64,000 nucleotides of DNA from Candidatus Enterousia sp. (GTDB lineage Bacteria > Pseudomonadota > Alphaproteobacteria > Rs-D84): positions 12,265-76,264 of the forward strand of contig JAZTWM010000006.1 of NCBI GenBank assembly GCA_045635825.1. Reading direction: 5' to 3'. Numbering within the stretch: position 1 is the first letter of the stretch; each line of letters opens with the position of its first letter. The position numbers were made by a program, and so were the translations under genes. The notes under the pieces were generated by a model, which was not told the origin of the DNA, did no database searches, and was given only the letters and a program-made list of their open reading frames with translations. This document shows positions 19,943-29,142 of this stretch, in pieces.

Positions 19943-20029
19943 TGGTGGGGATAGTGGGACTCGAACCCACACGGTCGCAATGACCAAAGGATTTTAAGTC
20001 CTCAGCGTCTACCATTCCGCCATATCCCC
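19943..20029 (-). tRNA. tRNA-Leu (anticodon TAA), long variable arm, CCA encoded
   Basis: GGGGATATGGCGGAATGGTAGACGC.. anticodon loop CTTAAAA, variable arm TGGTCATTGCGACCGTG, T-arm GGGTTCGAGTCCC. Confidence 0.8.
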
Positions 20030-20073
20030 GAAGACTTTTGCAACAATGCCACAACATGTGGCATTTGATTTTA

Positions 20074-20149
20074 TGGTGGAGCTGATGGGACTCAAACCCA
20101 CGACCTCTACGATGCGAACGTAGCGCTCTATCAACTGAGCTACAACCCC
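20074..20149 (-). tRNA. tRNA-Ala (anticodon CGC) with G3:U70, CCA encoded
   Basis: GGGGTTGTAGCTCAGTTGATAGAGC.. anticodon loop TTCGCAT; G3:U70 identity pair present. Confidence 0.8.
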
Positions 20150-20156
20150 AATTAAA

Positions 20157-20243
20157 TGGTGCGGATAAGAAGACTCGAACTTCCAAGGTATTGCTACCAC
20201 TAGTACCTGAAACTAGCGCGTCTACCAATTCCGCCATATCCGC
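20157..20243 (-). tRNA. tRNA-Leu (anticodon CAG), long variable arm, CCA encoded
   Basis: GCGGATATGGCGGAATTGGTAGACGC.. anticodon loop TTCAGGT, long variable arm, GTTCGAGTC T-arm. Confidence 0.8.
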
Positions 20244-20382
20244 AGGCGAGAAGTATATTATATCAAAATAGATGCTATTGCAACAAGAAAAATGTCTTTT
20301 TGTGATAAAATATTTTCATCAGGATGCCTATATATTATTTACTTGCACAGAAAATTGTAATTTTGCTAAGATTTTAGCAGAG

Positions 20383-22935
20383 ATGAAGAGAGTTTTAATT
20401 TTTGCAGTAAATATAATGCTGTGTGTTGGGCTGGCGTATGCCGGGGTTCGTGATGGCACGGCTGTTTTACGTGCAAAAACAGACAAGACGACATCACAAA
20501 GTCGTGTGTCAACTGTTGCTAAGCGTGCTAGTGTGCCGCGTTCGGCTGTATTGACCCCACGCAAGGAATCGCCGTCACGTGGTTCAAATGTTGCGGAAAG
20601 AAAGCAAAATGCGCGTGGTGGTGTGGTTGCACGTGCCGCCAATGTTACTGTGGGGCGTGGTGCATCAGGCGTAGTAGGACGTAATGGTCAAAATCTTCCC
20701 AGAACTTCAATTATAGAGGAAACGCCTGCCTTGATGTCCAGTACACGTACGGGTGCAGAATATGAACGCTGTAAAAATACTTATTTTTCATGTATGGATC
20801 AGTTTTGTATGCTGAAAAATGATGATTATCGTCGTTGTTCTTGTAATGACAGGGTGTTTGCATTAGATGAAGAACGGCAAACCTTACAAAGTGCAGGTGA
20901 AAAAATAACCGTTTTTAATGAGCAGTTGGATGTTGTTGGTATGACTGCAAGTCAGGCAGAGGCGATGCGTAAAGAATCAGAAGGCGAGCAGGCATTGACG
21001 GGTGATAATTCTGCATCTAAGGCATTGTTACAGGCGATTATGAATTCTATTCGTGGAGAGGATGGTACGGTTGCGGGGAAATACGCAGGGTTAAATAGTG
21101 TAAATATTTCATTTGATACGGTGAATGCTTTTGGTATGACAGATATTGGCCAGGCAATTGCTTCTTATAATGGAAATGCCCTGTATAGTGCGGTCTATCC
21201 ACAGTGTCGTGATGCGGTTCGTGCAGATTGTAATGATGCATCATTGCAGCGTGCAATAACTGCATACTTAATGGCGGTAGAACAGGATTGTAATACTGTA
21301 CAGACGGCACTGGAACAAACACGTAAAAAGACCAAGGCGGCAGTTCGTGAAAGCAGTGCAATGTTGGATTTAGCACGTGTTGAAAATCGTCAAAAGCACA
21401 ATTCATCCGATATTACAACATGTGTCAATGATGTTGAAACAGCAATTCTGAGTGAAGAGGTTTGTGGGGCAGGGTATCATAAATGTTTGGATAATGGTGA
21501 ATATATTGATATCTCTACGGGAAAGCCGATTGCCGGTGTTAAAGATTTTTATAAACTGGGGGATATGTTAAAGTTTAGTGACGGGGTTGATGCAGTGCAT
21601 CAAAAGTTGTCTAAGAACTCTAGCAATCGTATGTTTGTTCAGAACTTTGAGTCGCGTGTAAAAATGTTTGCAATGCCTGCATTGGACAAGTGTGTAGAAG
21701 ATGCAGATTTTGTTTGGGCGGAATACTTGGATAGGGCGATGTTGTCTATATATTATGCGCAAAAGTCCAAGGTGGAAGAGATAAAACAGGGCTGTTTTGA
21801 TTATGTGTCATCGTGCTATATGAGTACGGATGATGCGATTTCTGGTGCAACGGATGTGCTGACAGGGGATAGTTCTGTTTTGATTCAGCCTGATAAGATT
21901 GCGTTAAATAATCAGATGTGTACAGATTATATCGAATCTTGCAACAATATGTTCGATAATAATATTATTGCTGATTATATCGAGAATATTACCAATACAG
22001 ATACTTTGACGGCATGTCGTGCGGTTGTAAAGCAATGTTTTGATAAATATGGTGGTATGAATTATGAAAACTTTTATTACCCGTACAGTGGTTTGTTTGC
22101 ACCGGGTTCTGCCGAGGCACCAGATTGGTTTACGTTGTATACTTTGAAGACAGAACAAGATGGGCGTGTTGTGTATGAAACCAATGCGGACGGTTCTTTT
22201 GCGTATAAGTCAGAATGTGCAAAACAGTTGCAGACGATTCCTGCGTGCAGTTCGCCTGAAATTATAGAGCGTGCATTTGGTGGATTAGATTATAATACCA
22301 TGACGGTTGAGTATGGTGTGTTTGTTGCAGATACTGGGTCGTTTGCTGCAGAAGCATGGGCTGAACGTAATTTGCGTTCAACAGGTGTTGCGACCGAGGT
22401 TTATAATCAGATTATTTCTATTTTGTCAACCCAGTGTATGAATTTGCAGGGGCGTTTTGTAGAGGTGCAGTTTATGCCGGATGTGTATGAACAGGATAAT
22501 TATTGTGTGTCCAAGTTTGGGGAAGATGGGGGAAAGTATCAATCTTTCGTTGGCTTGTATGGTATTGGTGATGGCGAGAATATGTGTCCACGTGATTATT
22601 CTTTGGGGGTTGCAACACAATCATGGGGGGCTTGTTTGTGTTGGGAAAATGGTGGCAGGCGTAGTAAATGGGGCAAGGCGGCAAAATGTATGCCTGTGTT
22701 GCCGGTAAATGATAGTGGGGATGATATTGCGTGCAGTTCGGGTACTTTTACTACGGTTACAACTTCATCGGATTTTAGTGAAGATGCATGGTGCGTACAA
22801 GATGTGATTAACAAGGGGTTGAACCAGGTTTGTCCTTTGGGGGGATCTGTGATGCAGGATCTTGATAATTCTAATGGGTATTGTGCAACCAAAGATGGCA
22901 AGGCTTTGTTAAAGGTTCCAGAAGGTGTTAAATAA
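20383..22935 (+). CDS. Large secreted cysteine-rich protein of unknown function (~850 aa). Start MKRVLIFAVNIMLCVGLAYA; the tracked ORF begins at 20272.
   Basis: Signal peptide, basic Arg/Ser-rich N-region, many paired Cys (CSCND, CVEDADF, CYMSTDD...). No recognisable catalytic motif. Confidence 0.55.
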   Translation: MKRVLIFAVNIMLCVGLAYAGVRDGTAVLRAKTDKTTSQSRVSTVAKRASVPRSAVLTPRKESPSRGSNVAERKQNARGGVVARAANVTVGRGASGVVGRNGQNLPRTSIIEETPALMSSTRTGAEYERCKNTYFSCMDQFCMLKNDDYRRCSCNDRVFALDEERQTLQSAGEKITVFNEQLDVVGMTASQAEAMRKESEGEQALTGDNSASKALLQAIMNSIRGEDGTVAGKYAGLNSVNISFDTVNAFGMTDIGQAIASYNGNALYSAVYPQCRDAVRADCNDASLQRAITAYLMAVEQDCNTVQTALEQTRKKTKAAVRESSAMLDLARVENRQKHNSSDITTCVNDVETAILSEEVCGAGYHKCLDNGEYIDISTGKPIAGVKDFYKLGDMLKFSDGVDAVHQKLSKNSSNRMFVQNFESRVKMFAMPALDKCVEDADFVWAEYLDRAMLSIYYAQKSKVEEIKQGCFDYVSSCYMSTDDAISGATDVLTGDSSVLIQPDKIALNNQMCTDYIESCNNMFDNNIIADYIENITNTDTLTACRAVVKQCFDKYGGMNYENFYYPYSGLFAPGSAEAPDWFTLYTLKTEQDGRVVYETNADGSFAYKSECAKQLQTIPACSSPEIIERAFGGLDYNTMTVEYGVFVADTGSFAAEAWAERNLRSTGVATEVYNQIISILSTQCMNLQGRFVEVQFMPDVYEQDNYCVSKFGEDGGKYQSFVGLYGIGDGENMCPRDYSLGVATQSWGACLCWENGGRRSKWGKAAKCMPVLPVNDSGDDIACSSGTFTTVTTSSDFSEDAWCVQDVINKGLNQVCPLGGSVMQDLDNSNGYCATKDGKALLKVPEGVK

Positions 22936-22956
22936 AGTAAAATGCCAAAAGAAAAA

Positions 22957-22980
22957 CCCGCAATTTGCGGGGTTTTTTGT
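22957..22980. terminator. Bidirectional terminator hairpin (aaaacccgcaaattgcggggtttt) between convergent genes
   Basis: Perfect GC stem flanked by A/T runs. Confidence 0.6.
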
Positions 22981-22993
22981 TGGTATCTTATTT

Positions 22994-24097
22994 TTAAAAC
23001 AGGTATTTGACTGTCAAACTGCCAATCCAACCATCACGTGCGCCGTCACGACGACCAAATGTACCTGTAAAATTAAAGTCTGCGACATTCTTTTCTAGTG
23101 ACAGGCTGTATTCTTTAAAGTTGCCTGTTTCCAGTGTTGATGTTGCGATGTTATTTACGGTTAAGTCGTTGTTAGATGTAGACATTATCGCGTATTTTGC
23201 ATTTATTGATCCAAACCATCCGTTTGCAATATGTTTGATAGCACGTATAGATGGTGCGAATTCAAATATGCTAAGTGCGTTGTTTTTTATTTCATCACCA
23301 TTGGCGGATTGATATTCTTCGCCCCTTATCCAAGTGTATGCCAAGTGTACGCCAGGCTGTATTGTAAATGTTTGATCCAATGTGAAATCGTATGTTGCGT
23401 TTATTGCACCGCCGGCCCAGAAATTAGAGTATTCGTCTGTGCCATCTGTTGTTGTTGCGGAATTGTTCAGTACGCCACCGTTGATGGTTGTGTACAGTCC
23501 CAGGTCGCCAAATACATTGCCGTTATAGATGCCAAAGAAGCCACCTTGTTCATCAATGTTGATGTGCTTGTTCTTTTGTTCACCGTTTATAAATCCTGTA
23601 TATAGTCCCCATTTAGATAGGCCACCAGCAAATTCGGATGTGCCGCCGGCGACGCCGAACATGAATATATCGGCGTCTGAATCTAATCTGTCAAAATTGT
23701 CAAACTTTGCATTGTCGCCCATATGTTGCCAGTTTGCCCACAGACTGTTTAATGTTGCGTCTGGGTTTACTGTGTCGCCACCACTGCGACCAGCTGTGCC
23801 GTCATCGTTGTATTCACCGTATAGTGGGGCACGACCATACATGGGGGCACGACCGTATGTGCTTGCAGGGTTTTCGTTTGCCTGGGCATTTATTGCCTGG
23901 GTTCTTAGTTTTTGGCCGCCCATTGTGCCACGCATAGAACCGGCAAATGATGAAAACATCGTTTGTGTTACAGAATGTTGTATTGCCGCGATATTGTGGG
24001 CAGATATTGTGTTGGCGTACATGTGTGCCGATGCATTTGCGTCGATTGTTCCCAATATGGCAAACAATGATATGTTGAATAATATGTTCTTTTTCAT
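22994..24097 (-). CDS. Outer-membrane beta-barrel protein, autotransporter-beta-domain-like, C-terminal ..VKYLF
   Basis: Signal peptide MKKNILFNISLFAILGTIDANA; alternating amphipathic beta strands; aromatic C-terminal residue (F) typical of OMPs; WANWQHMG..DADIFMFGVAGG resembles an autotransporter translocator. Confidence 0.55.
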   Translation of the reverse strand: MKKNILFNISLFAILGTIDANASAHMYANTISAHNIAAIQHSVTQTMFSSFAGSMRGTMGGQKLRTQAINAQANENPASTYGRAPMYGRAPLYGEYNDDGTAGRSGGDTVNPDATLNSLWANWQHMGDNAKFDNFDRLDSDADIFMFGVAGGTSEFAGGLSKWGLYTGFINGEQKNKHINIDEQGGFFGIYNGNVFGDLGLYTTINGGVLNNSATTTDGTDEYSNFWAGGAINATYDFTLDQTFTIQPGVHLAYTWIRGEEYQSANGDEIKNNALSIFEFAPSIRAIKHIANGWFGSINAKYAIMSTSNNDLTVNNIATSTLETGNFKEYSLSLEKNVADFNFTGTFGRRDGARDGWIGSLTVKYLF

Positions 24098-24242
24098 AAT
24101 TCTACTCTCTCTTGTTGTCATTATGATGTGTTTTATTATAGCATAAAAATCCTATTATTAAAAATGATAAATATAATGGGCGTTACGTTCAAAAATGTTT
24201 TTTATTGTAGTTTTGATAAAATCTGTTATGATATTTATCATT

Positions 24243-24806
24243 ATGGCAAATGAAGTTTGTGAAGAGTTTATAGATAGACCGGTCGTTATGGTTGGACTGA
24301 TGGGGGCAGGTAAAACAAGTGTTGGACGTGCCTTGGCCCGTAGGTTGGGTATACCATTTGTTGATTCAGATAAAGAAATTGAAATGGCGGCAGGTTGTAG
24401 CGTTGTTGATATTTTTTCAATGTATGGTGAAGAAGAGTTTAGACGTGTGGAACAGCGTGTAATTGAACGCTTGTTAGATACGCCGCCTGCTTTGAAAGTG
24501 ATTTCCACAGGCGAGGGGGCTTTTATAACGCCGGCAGTGCGTGAAATGGTTTTGGCGCGTGCGTTATCTGTTTGGTTGCGTGCGGATTTGGATTTGTTAG
24601 TTCGGCGGACGGGGGCGCGTGATACACGTCCGCAGTTGTTGAATACAGATAGTCGTAAAATACTTTCTCAGTTAATAGATGAACGTTATAAGATATATGC
24701 TTTGGCGGATATTACGGTCGAGACACGGGACGAAAACCTGCGTAAGACATTGGGTAAGGTTTTGAAGGCGATAGAGGATTATTCTAATAAACAAGATAAG
24801 GAGTAA
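24243..24806 (+). CDS. aroK: Shikimate kinase
   Basis: Walker A GLMGAGKTSVGRALA, DSD motif, 187 aa. Start MANEV at 24243 inside the longer tracked ORF (24195). Confidence 0.8.
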   Translation: MANEVCEEFIDRPVVMVGLMGAGKTSVGRALARRLGIPFVDSDKEIEMAAGCSVVDIFSMYGEEEFRRVEQRVIERLLDTPPALKVISTGEGAFITPAVREMVLARALSVWLRADLDLLVRRTGARDTRPQLLNTDSRKILSQLIDERYKIYALADITVETRDENLRKTLGKVLKAIEDYSNKQDKE

Positions 24807-24809
24807 AAA

Positions 24810-25385
24810 ATGGCTAAAAAGAAAAATATATTTAAAGAATTTGGTTCTTTTGTTCAACGTGGTAATGCAATCGATATGGCGGTTGGTATTATCGTTGGTA
24901 GTGTTATGACCAGTGTTGTAAACTCTTTGGTGAAGGATGTTTTGATGCCACCGATTGGTTTGTTGGTTGGTGGGGTTGATTTCTCTCAGTTGTTTGTGAC
25001 GTTAAGTGCATCTGCTGAAAAGTTTGAAACGATTGCACAGGCACAGGCTGCAGGTGTGGCGACATTGAATTATGGTATGTTTTTGAATTCGGTGGTTAGT
25101 TTCTTTATTACGATGTTTGCAATATTCTTGTTTGTTCGCACAATGAATAAAATGCGTGATAAGAAACCTGCAAACACCCATGCATGTCCATATTGTACAT
25201 CAAATATCAGTAATTCAGCGACAAAATGCCCATTTTGTTGTTCTGAGGTAGCCCCAGTCGAGACAGCGGCTGTAGAGGATAGCGAGTTGAAAAAAAGCAT
25301 CAAGGGTGTGACAAAAATGGCGGGACATGTGGCAGATGGCGCGTTAAGCAAAATTAAAAAAATTAAAAAAATTACAAAGAAATAG
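24810..25385 (+). CDS. mscL: Large-conductance mechanosensitive channel MscL with an unusual ~45-aa C-terminal CxxC..CxxCC zinc-ribbon-like extension
   Basis: FKEFGSFVQRGNAIDMAVGIIVGSVMTSVVNSLVKDVLMPPIG is the canonical MscL TM1; the tail is HACPYCTSNISNSATKCPFCCSE. Confidence 0.8.
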   Translation: MAKKKNIFKEFGSFVQRGNAIDMAVGIIVGSVMTSVVNSLVKDVLMPPIGLLVGGVDFSQLFVTLSASAEKFETIAQAQAAGVATLNYGMFLNSVVSFFITMFAIFLFVRTMNKMRDKKPANTHACPYCTSNISNSATKCPFCCSEVAPVETAAVEDSELKKSIKGVTKMAGHVADGALSKIKKIKKITKK

Positions 25386-25415
25386 GGCGGTTTATAAATA
25401 TTTTGCTTTAAGTTT

Positions 25416-25448
25416 GGTCGGCGGATAAAAATGTCCGCCGATTTTTTT
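25416..25448 (+). terminator. Rho-independent terminator after mscL (cggcggataaaaatgtccgccg + TTTTTTT)
   Basis: Hairpin + T-run. Confidence 0.6.
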
Positions 25449-25735
25449 GCTTGTTGTTGGTGGGTTATGTATAGTTTGCTGGGAAAGGTGGGATGGTTCT
25501 TTGTGGGCTTGGGCGTTAAATGTAATTCGTGTTTGTGTCGTATAGTTTGGGCGTGATCTTGTGTGTTGTAATCGGTAAGAGGTGATGGCGATTTTGATGT
25601 GGTGGTGTGTCGTTTGGGGAGTTTTTTTATGGTGGTGTAATAATTTATATGTGATTGTGCGTTTCGAAAAAAAAGTCCGGAAAACAGCGGGGTGTAGCGA
25701 TTGCTAAAAGGCGTATAATGTATATTATGTATAGT

Positions 25736-26015
25736 TTTGTGTGCTGTGGGCCACTAAACAATACCTAATATGTGTGCTTGTGTTTGTTGTGTTTTGGTGT
25801 GCTGTGGCCCACTAAACGGATACATAATATGTGTGCTGGTGTTTGTTGTGCTTTGGTGTGCTGTAGCCCACTAAACAATACATAATATGTGTGCTGGTGT
25901 TTGTTGTGCTTTAGTGTGTGCTGTGGCCCACTAAACGTATACATGATATGCGTGTGCTTGTGTTTGTTGTGCTGTGGTCCATTAAACGTATACATAATAT
26001 GTGTGTTTGTTGTCT
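25736..26015. repeat. About five tandem copies of a ~59-bp direct repeat (gtgtgctgtggcccactaaac[a/g]atacataatatgtgtgctggtgtttgttgtgctttg) inside a 1 kb ORF-free, C-depleted spacer
   Basis: Seen directly; unit starts near 25741, 25801, 25860, 25920, 25970, the last copy shortened. No unique spacers, so not CRISPR. Confidence 0.7.
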
Positions 26016-26410
26016 TGACCCGTTCCCATTCCTTGGCTATGTTTTTGGGTCGTTATTTGTAAATCTATATTTTTACAAATGCGGTTTAATTGTTTGTAAT
26101 TTGTGGATAGTTTGCTGTAATTGGTTGCGTGTTTGACTGTTGTGTAATATTGTGTTCTTTTGGTGGTTTGGACTTAAAAATGATGATTTTTGTGCCCTAT
26201 TTTGCTCGTTTTTTTGAAAAAATGGCGGATTTCTGCGGTTTTTTAGTGTTTTATGGCCGTTAGGGGTGATTTTTTGATGCTTTTTGTGGTGGGGTTGGGG
26301 TGTTTTTTATAGTGTTGTGGGGTATGGTGTGTGGTACCCTGCTTTGTTGTTAATGTAAAACTTTAACGTGTTACAATTGTTATTTGTTTGTAGCTAATAA
26401 TGTTTAAGAT

Positions 26411-26441
26411 AAAAAGCACGCCGATTGGCGTGCTTTTTATC
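26411..26441. terminator. Bidirectional terminator hairpin (aaaagcacgccgattggcgtgctttt)
   Basis: Perfect stem, A/T flanks; directly 3' of minus-strand gene 26437..26754. Confidence 0.55.
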
Positions 26442-26754
26442 GTTGTTTTTGTAATTTGATTGCCTTGCGGTGGTATTTTTGTGCTTGTTTTTTATATGTT
26501 TGTGCACTGTTGTGTGCCATATGTCCCAGGTAGAACATTAATAGTGCCAGCCCCAGTTGGGTGTAATTTGGATCGCTGTTATCATTGATTAGAGATAGTA
26601 TGTTTGCAATCAATAATGTAGCTGCAGAACAGTTTGCAACCACGCATGCAATTTTAGCATGGTTTACCTGACGCATTGTGTTTGCGTGCAATGTGTCATA
26701 TAATTCGATTTTATCTGGGTGATGATTGTTTGTTTTGGTGTGTACAGACGACAT
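26437..26754 (-). CDS. Small hypothetical membrane protein (two predicted TM helices, basic tail)
   Basis: ORF with two hydrophobic segments; last gene of the co-directional minus-strand array. Confidence 0.4.
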   Translation of the reverse strand: MSSVHTKTNNHHPDKIELYDTLHANTMRQVNHAKIACVVANCSAATLLIANILSLINDNSDPNYTQLGLALLMFYLGHMAHNSAQTYKKQAQKYHRKAIKLQKQR

Positions 26755-26769
26755 AATGTGTATTCCTTT

Positions 26770-27231
26770 TTATTTTTGTTTGTTGTATTTTGATGGAAAC
26801 AAAACCTTGCCCAAGGTATTTTGCATATATTGATCTGTGCATTTGCCTGTCGCCAATTGGCAAAAACAATGCATACGACGTATTGGTCGTGTCGTACCTG
26901 CGATGGAAAAGTCTGGATCGCATTTGCAAATCTGGATATCGCATACGTTATTCAGGTTCAGTGTTGAATGGTCGCTGCGATTGCCACACGATGGGCCGAT
27001 GTGGTAAATAGTTGTTGCCGAAATGCCATGATTGACTAAACAAGAGTCTGGCTTTGGGTGGCGGTTGTCAAGTATCGCCTGTAGCAATTTTTCCGCTTTG
27101 AATAATGTGATTTTATCCAGTTTGTGCAGTTTCAGTAATTTTTGCAATTCTGGACAGCGGGTTACGATACGCAATTTGGTTTGTGTTAATTTTTCGTTCA
27201 TGCGTGTACCAATATTATAAGTTAACGGCAT
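26770..27231 (-). CDS. Hypothetical protein (~150 aa; start probably MPLTYN or MNEKL, because the tracked N-terminus overlaps the next gene)
   Basis: ORF; contains an HSTL motif and several Cys; no confident family assignment. Confidence 0.35.
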   Translation of the reverse strand: MPLTYNIGTRMNEKLTQTKLRIVTRCPELQKLLKLHKLDKITLFKAEKLLQAILDNRHPKPDSCLVNHGISATTIYHIGPSCGNRSDHSTLNLNNVCDIQICKCDPDFSIAGTTRPIRRMHCFCQLATGKCTDQYMQNTLGKVLFPSKYNKQK

Positions 27232-27494
27232 TTTTGTTTGTAGTTGTCGCACAATGTTGCGATTTGAGAGGCTAAACGTTGCCCTGCTTGGAATGTTGGG
27301 CATGTGTACGGAAAGATTAATTGTACTTTGCCTTCGGCATCTACGTAGTATTTGATTGTTTTTGTTTGGATTTTTGGATAAATAATGCCGTCTGTGTCGC
27401 GTATTGCGTAAATATAGCAGGCACGTGGACAACCGTCGCAACGCATTTCTGGTAGTTTTGCTTCGTGTGGCATTTGGTGGAATTGTGTGAACAT
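27222..27494 (-). CDS. Small cysteine-containing protein, family member 2 (paralog of 2866..3144). Carries CDGCPRAC and C-terminal CDNYKQKCR.
   Basis: Colinear similarity with 2866..3144, including an identical-type C-terminal motif and an N-terminal CxGCxxxC. Confidence 0.5.
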   Translation of the reverse strand: MFTQFHQMPHEAKLPEMRCDGCPRACYIYAIRDTDGIIYPKIQTKTIKYYVDAEGKVQLIFPYTCPTFQAGQRLASQIATLCDNYKQKCR

Positions 27495-27616
27495 TTTTAT
27501 ATCCTTTGATTCTGTGTTTTTTATTTCAAGCGGATAATAGACAAAAGAAAATCACTTGTCAAGTGATGCCCCTGCCCGCTTGCTTGTAAAAAATCCCGCA
27601 GTTGCGGGATTTTTTA

Positions 27617-27934
27617 TTATCTTAGTCCTTTGGCACGACAACAGGCCGATGCGGCGGATTTCCAATCAGAGTATTGCTTTGATGGGGCGCGTAAATCACG
27701 CCATGGCTGCCAACCGCTGCAACGTTTTTTACTGCCTGTGCCAGTGCATTTTGCATAGCGACGCAATGTGCAGGTTTGTGCCGATGTTTTGCCTGTATCG
27801 GTTGTGCATTTTACAACAACATTTTGGTTTTTTGCATCATTCTTTCCCATTTCTTTGGATGACATAACCTGATATGCCCCAGCGCTGCAAATGGTGGATA
27901 TAACTAGCAGTGTTGTAAATAAATACTTCTTCAT
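27617..27934 (-). CDS. Small secreted cysteine-rich protein (signal peptide + 8 Cys)
   Basis: MKKYLFTTLLVISTICSAGA signal peptide; KCTTDTGKTSAQTCTL..KCTGTGSKKRCSG. Confidence 0.5.
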   Translation of the reverse strand: MKKYLFTTLLVISTICSAGAYQVMSSKEMGKNDAKNQNVVVKCTTDTGKTSAQTCTLRRYAKCTGTGSKKRCSGWQPWRDLRAPSKQYSDWKSAASACCRAKGLR

Positions 27935-27999
27935 TGGTTATCCCCTTTTGATACTGATATTATAAATCTTTGCGTTTCGAAAAACAATAAGAATAAATG

Positions 28000-29142
28000 T
28001 CAACGTGTTAATGGGTCTGTTGTTGGTTCGTGGCAACCGTTTTCACGCGTTAGTTTGACACGATTCATCCAGCCTTTTAAGAACTTTTTATTATTTCCAC
28101 GCTTGGATACCTGGACAAAATATTGTTGCATGTCGTCAAGATAATCGTTGTGCAAATCACCGTTATAGGTTTCAGCGGCACGTGCAACTTCATCGTCAAT
28201 TTTACTGCGTTCTGGTATTTTTAATACACGACAAAAATGTTTGATTCCTGTGACAGGGCCGGATGCCCAGCCAAAGGTGAAAACATCGCCACGAACATAG
28301 TCTGGTAATTTTTCAATGCCATGTTGACGATAGTATTTGCGATTAGCAATATCTTCGGCACCGGCACGTGTTAGATTGCGAACGTTAACCTCTGGATTGT
28401 TGTTTTGTGATATGCCATAGCATGTGTAACCGCCAGAATCGTCTTTGTCATGACCACAATCGCCTTCGGCACGAAATGTTGTAATCATAATTTTTTCAAA
28501 CGCAGGGTCTGATTGTGCATATTTACCGCTGGTTAAGATTTTGTTCAAGAAATGCTGACTGCGTTGTGGTGGTGTACATGGGCCATTGCGGACAGTTTTA
28601 TTTGCGATTACAGGCCGTCCAAAGGTATCGGTACCCACCGCACGTCCATTTGTGGTTGCTGTGGGTTGTGTTTGTGCCGTTGTGGGATATTGCGACTGTG
28701 TGGTTTGTTGCGTTTGCTGTGCCGTTGTTTGTTGTTCTGGGGTGGTTTGACGGTCGCCGATAGCCACGACTTCTTCGAATGCACCGGGTTTTTGCACGCA
28801 GTATTCATCGTCTAATGGATATTTGTCGCAGTATTGTTCGTGTGTCATTTTATGATAGTCTTGTTTTCGTTCCAGTTCTGCACGACTAATCATTCGGTCC
28901 AAATATGCTTCTTCGGATTCAACGTCAATTGTGTGAAATGCACTGGCATTGGCATAAGGGGCATACCCAGTTGATGCGTTGCTCGTCCGTTTGTTAAAAG
29001 AATAATCCATAGATGTTTTTGGTGCATTTTCTACACGTAATAATGATTTGGACAATCCGTATGCGGATGTGCATACGCCAGTCATGATGAATAATAATAA
29101 AAAGTGGCGTGTAAAATTATTCATTGGTTGTCCAAGGTTCAT
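28000..29142 (-). CDS. Secreted GH108-family muramidase-like protein with a peptidoglycan-binding (PG_binding_3-like) domain, Q/T-rich linker and the N-terminal DYSFNKR..TGYAPYAN module
   Basis: EGDCGHDKDDSGGYTCYGIS resembles the GH108 catalytic N-terminus (EGGYvnDpxDpGGxTkyGIt); signal peptide; TQQTTQSQYPTTAQTQP linker. Confidence 0.55.
   Translation of the reverse strand: MNLGQPMNNFTRHFLLLFIMTGVCTSAYGLSKSLLRVENAPKTSMDYSFNKRTSNASTGYAPYANASAFHTIDVESEEAYLDRMISRAELERKQDYHKMTHEQYCDKYPLDDEYCVQKPGAFEEVVAIGDRQTTPEQQTTAQQTQQTTQSQYPTTAQTQPTATTNGRAVGTDTFGRPVIANKTVRNGPCTPPQRSQHFLNKILTSGKYAQSDPAFEKIMITTFRAEGDCGHDKDDSGGYTCYGISQNNNPEVNVRNLTRAGAEDIANRKYYRQHGIEKLPDYVRGDVFTFGWASGPVTGIKHFCRVLKIPERSKIDDEVARAAETYNGDLHNDYLDDMQQYFVQVSKRGNNKKFLKGWMNRVKLTRENGCHEPTTDPLTR

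Noticed and set aside
19869-20237. 122-aa minus-strand ORF
   Set aside because: It is entirely made of the three tRNA genes and their spacers. An artefact of tRNA sequence lacking stops.
25660-25700. GTCCGGAAAACAGCGGGG resembling the SRP RNA domain IV (GGUCCGGAAGGAAGCAGCC) or RNase P AAAGUCCGG motifs
   Set aside because: Only a short partial match. The flanking sequence cannot form the conserved helices and lacks other universally conserved SRP or RNase P RNA blocks.
25736-26015. Possible CRISPR array because of regularly spaced ~59-bp repeats
   Set aside because: The repeat units abut one another with no unique spacers, the unit is far longer than CRISPR repeats, and no cas genes are nearby. 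It is a plain tandem direct repeat.
26770-27441. Full 223-aa ORF as called by the track
   Set aside because: Its N-terminal 70 residues are an Arg-rich low-complexity stretch that overlaps the conserved small Cys-protein gene (27222-27494) in another frame. A start at MPLTYN (27231) or MNEKL (27201) is more plausible.
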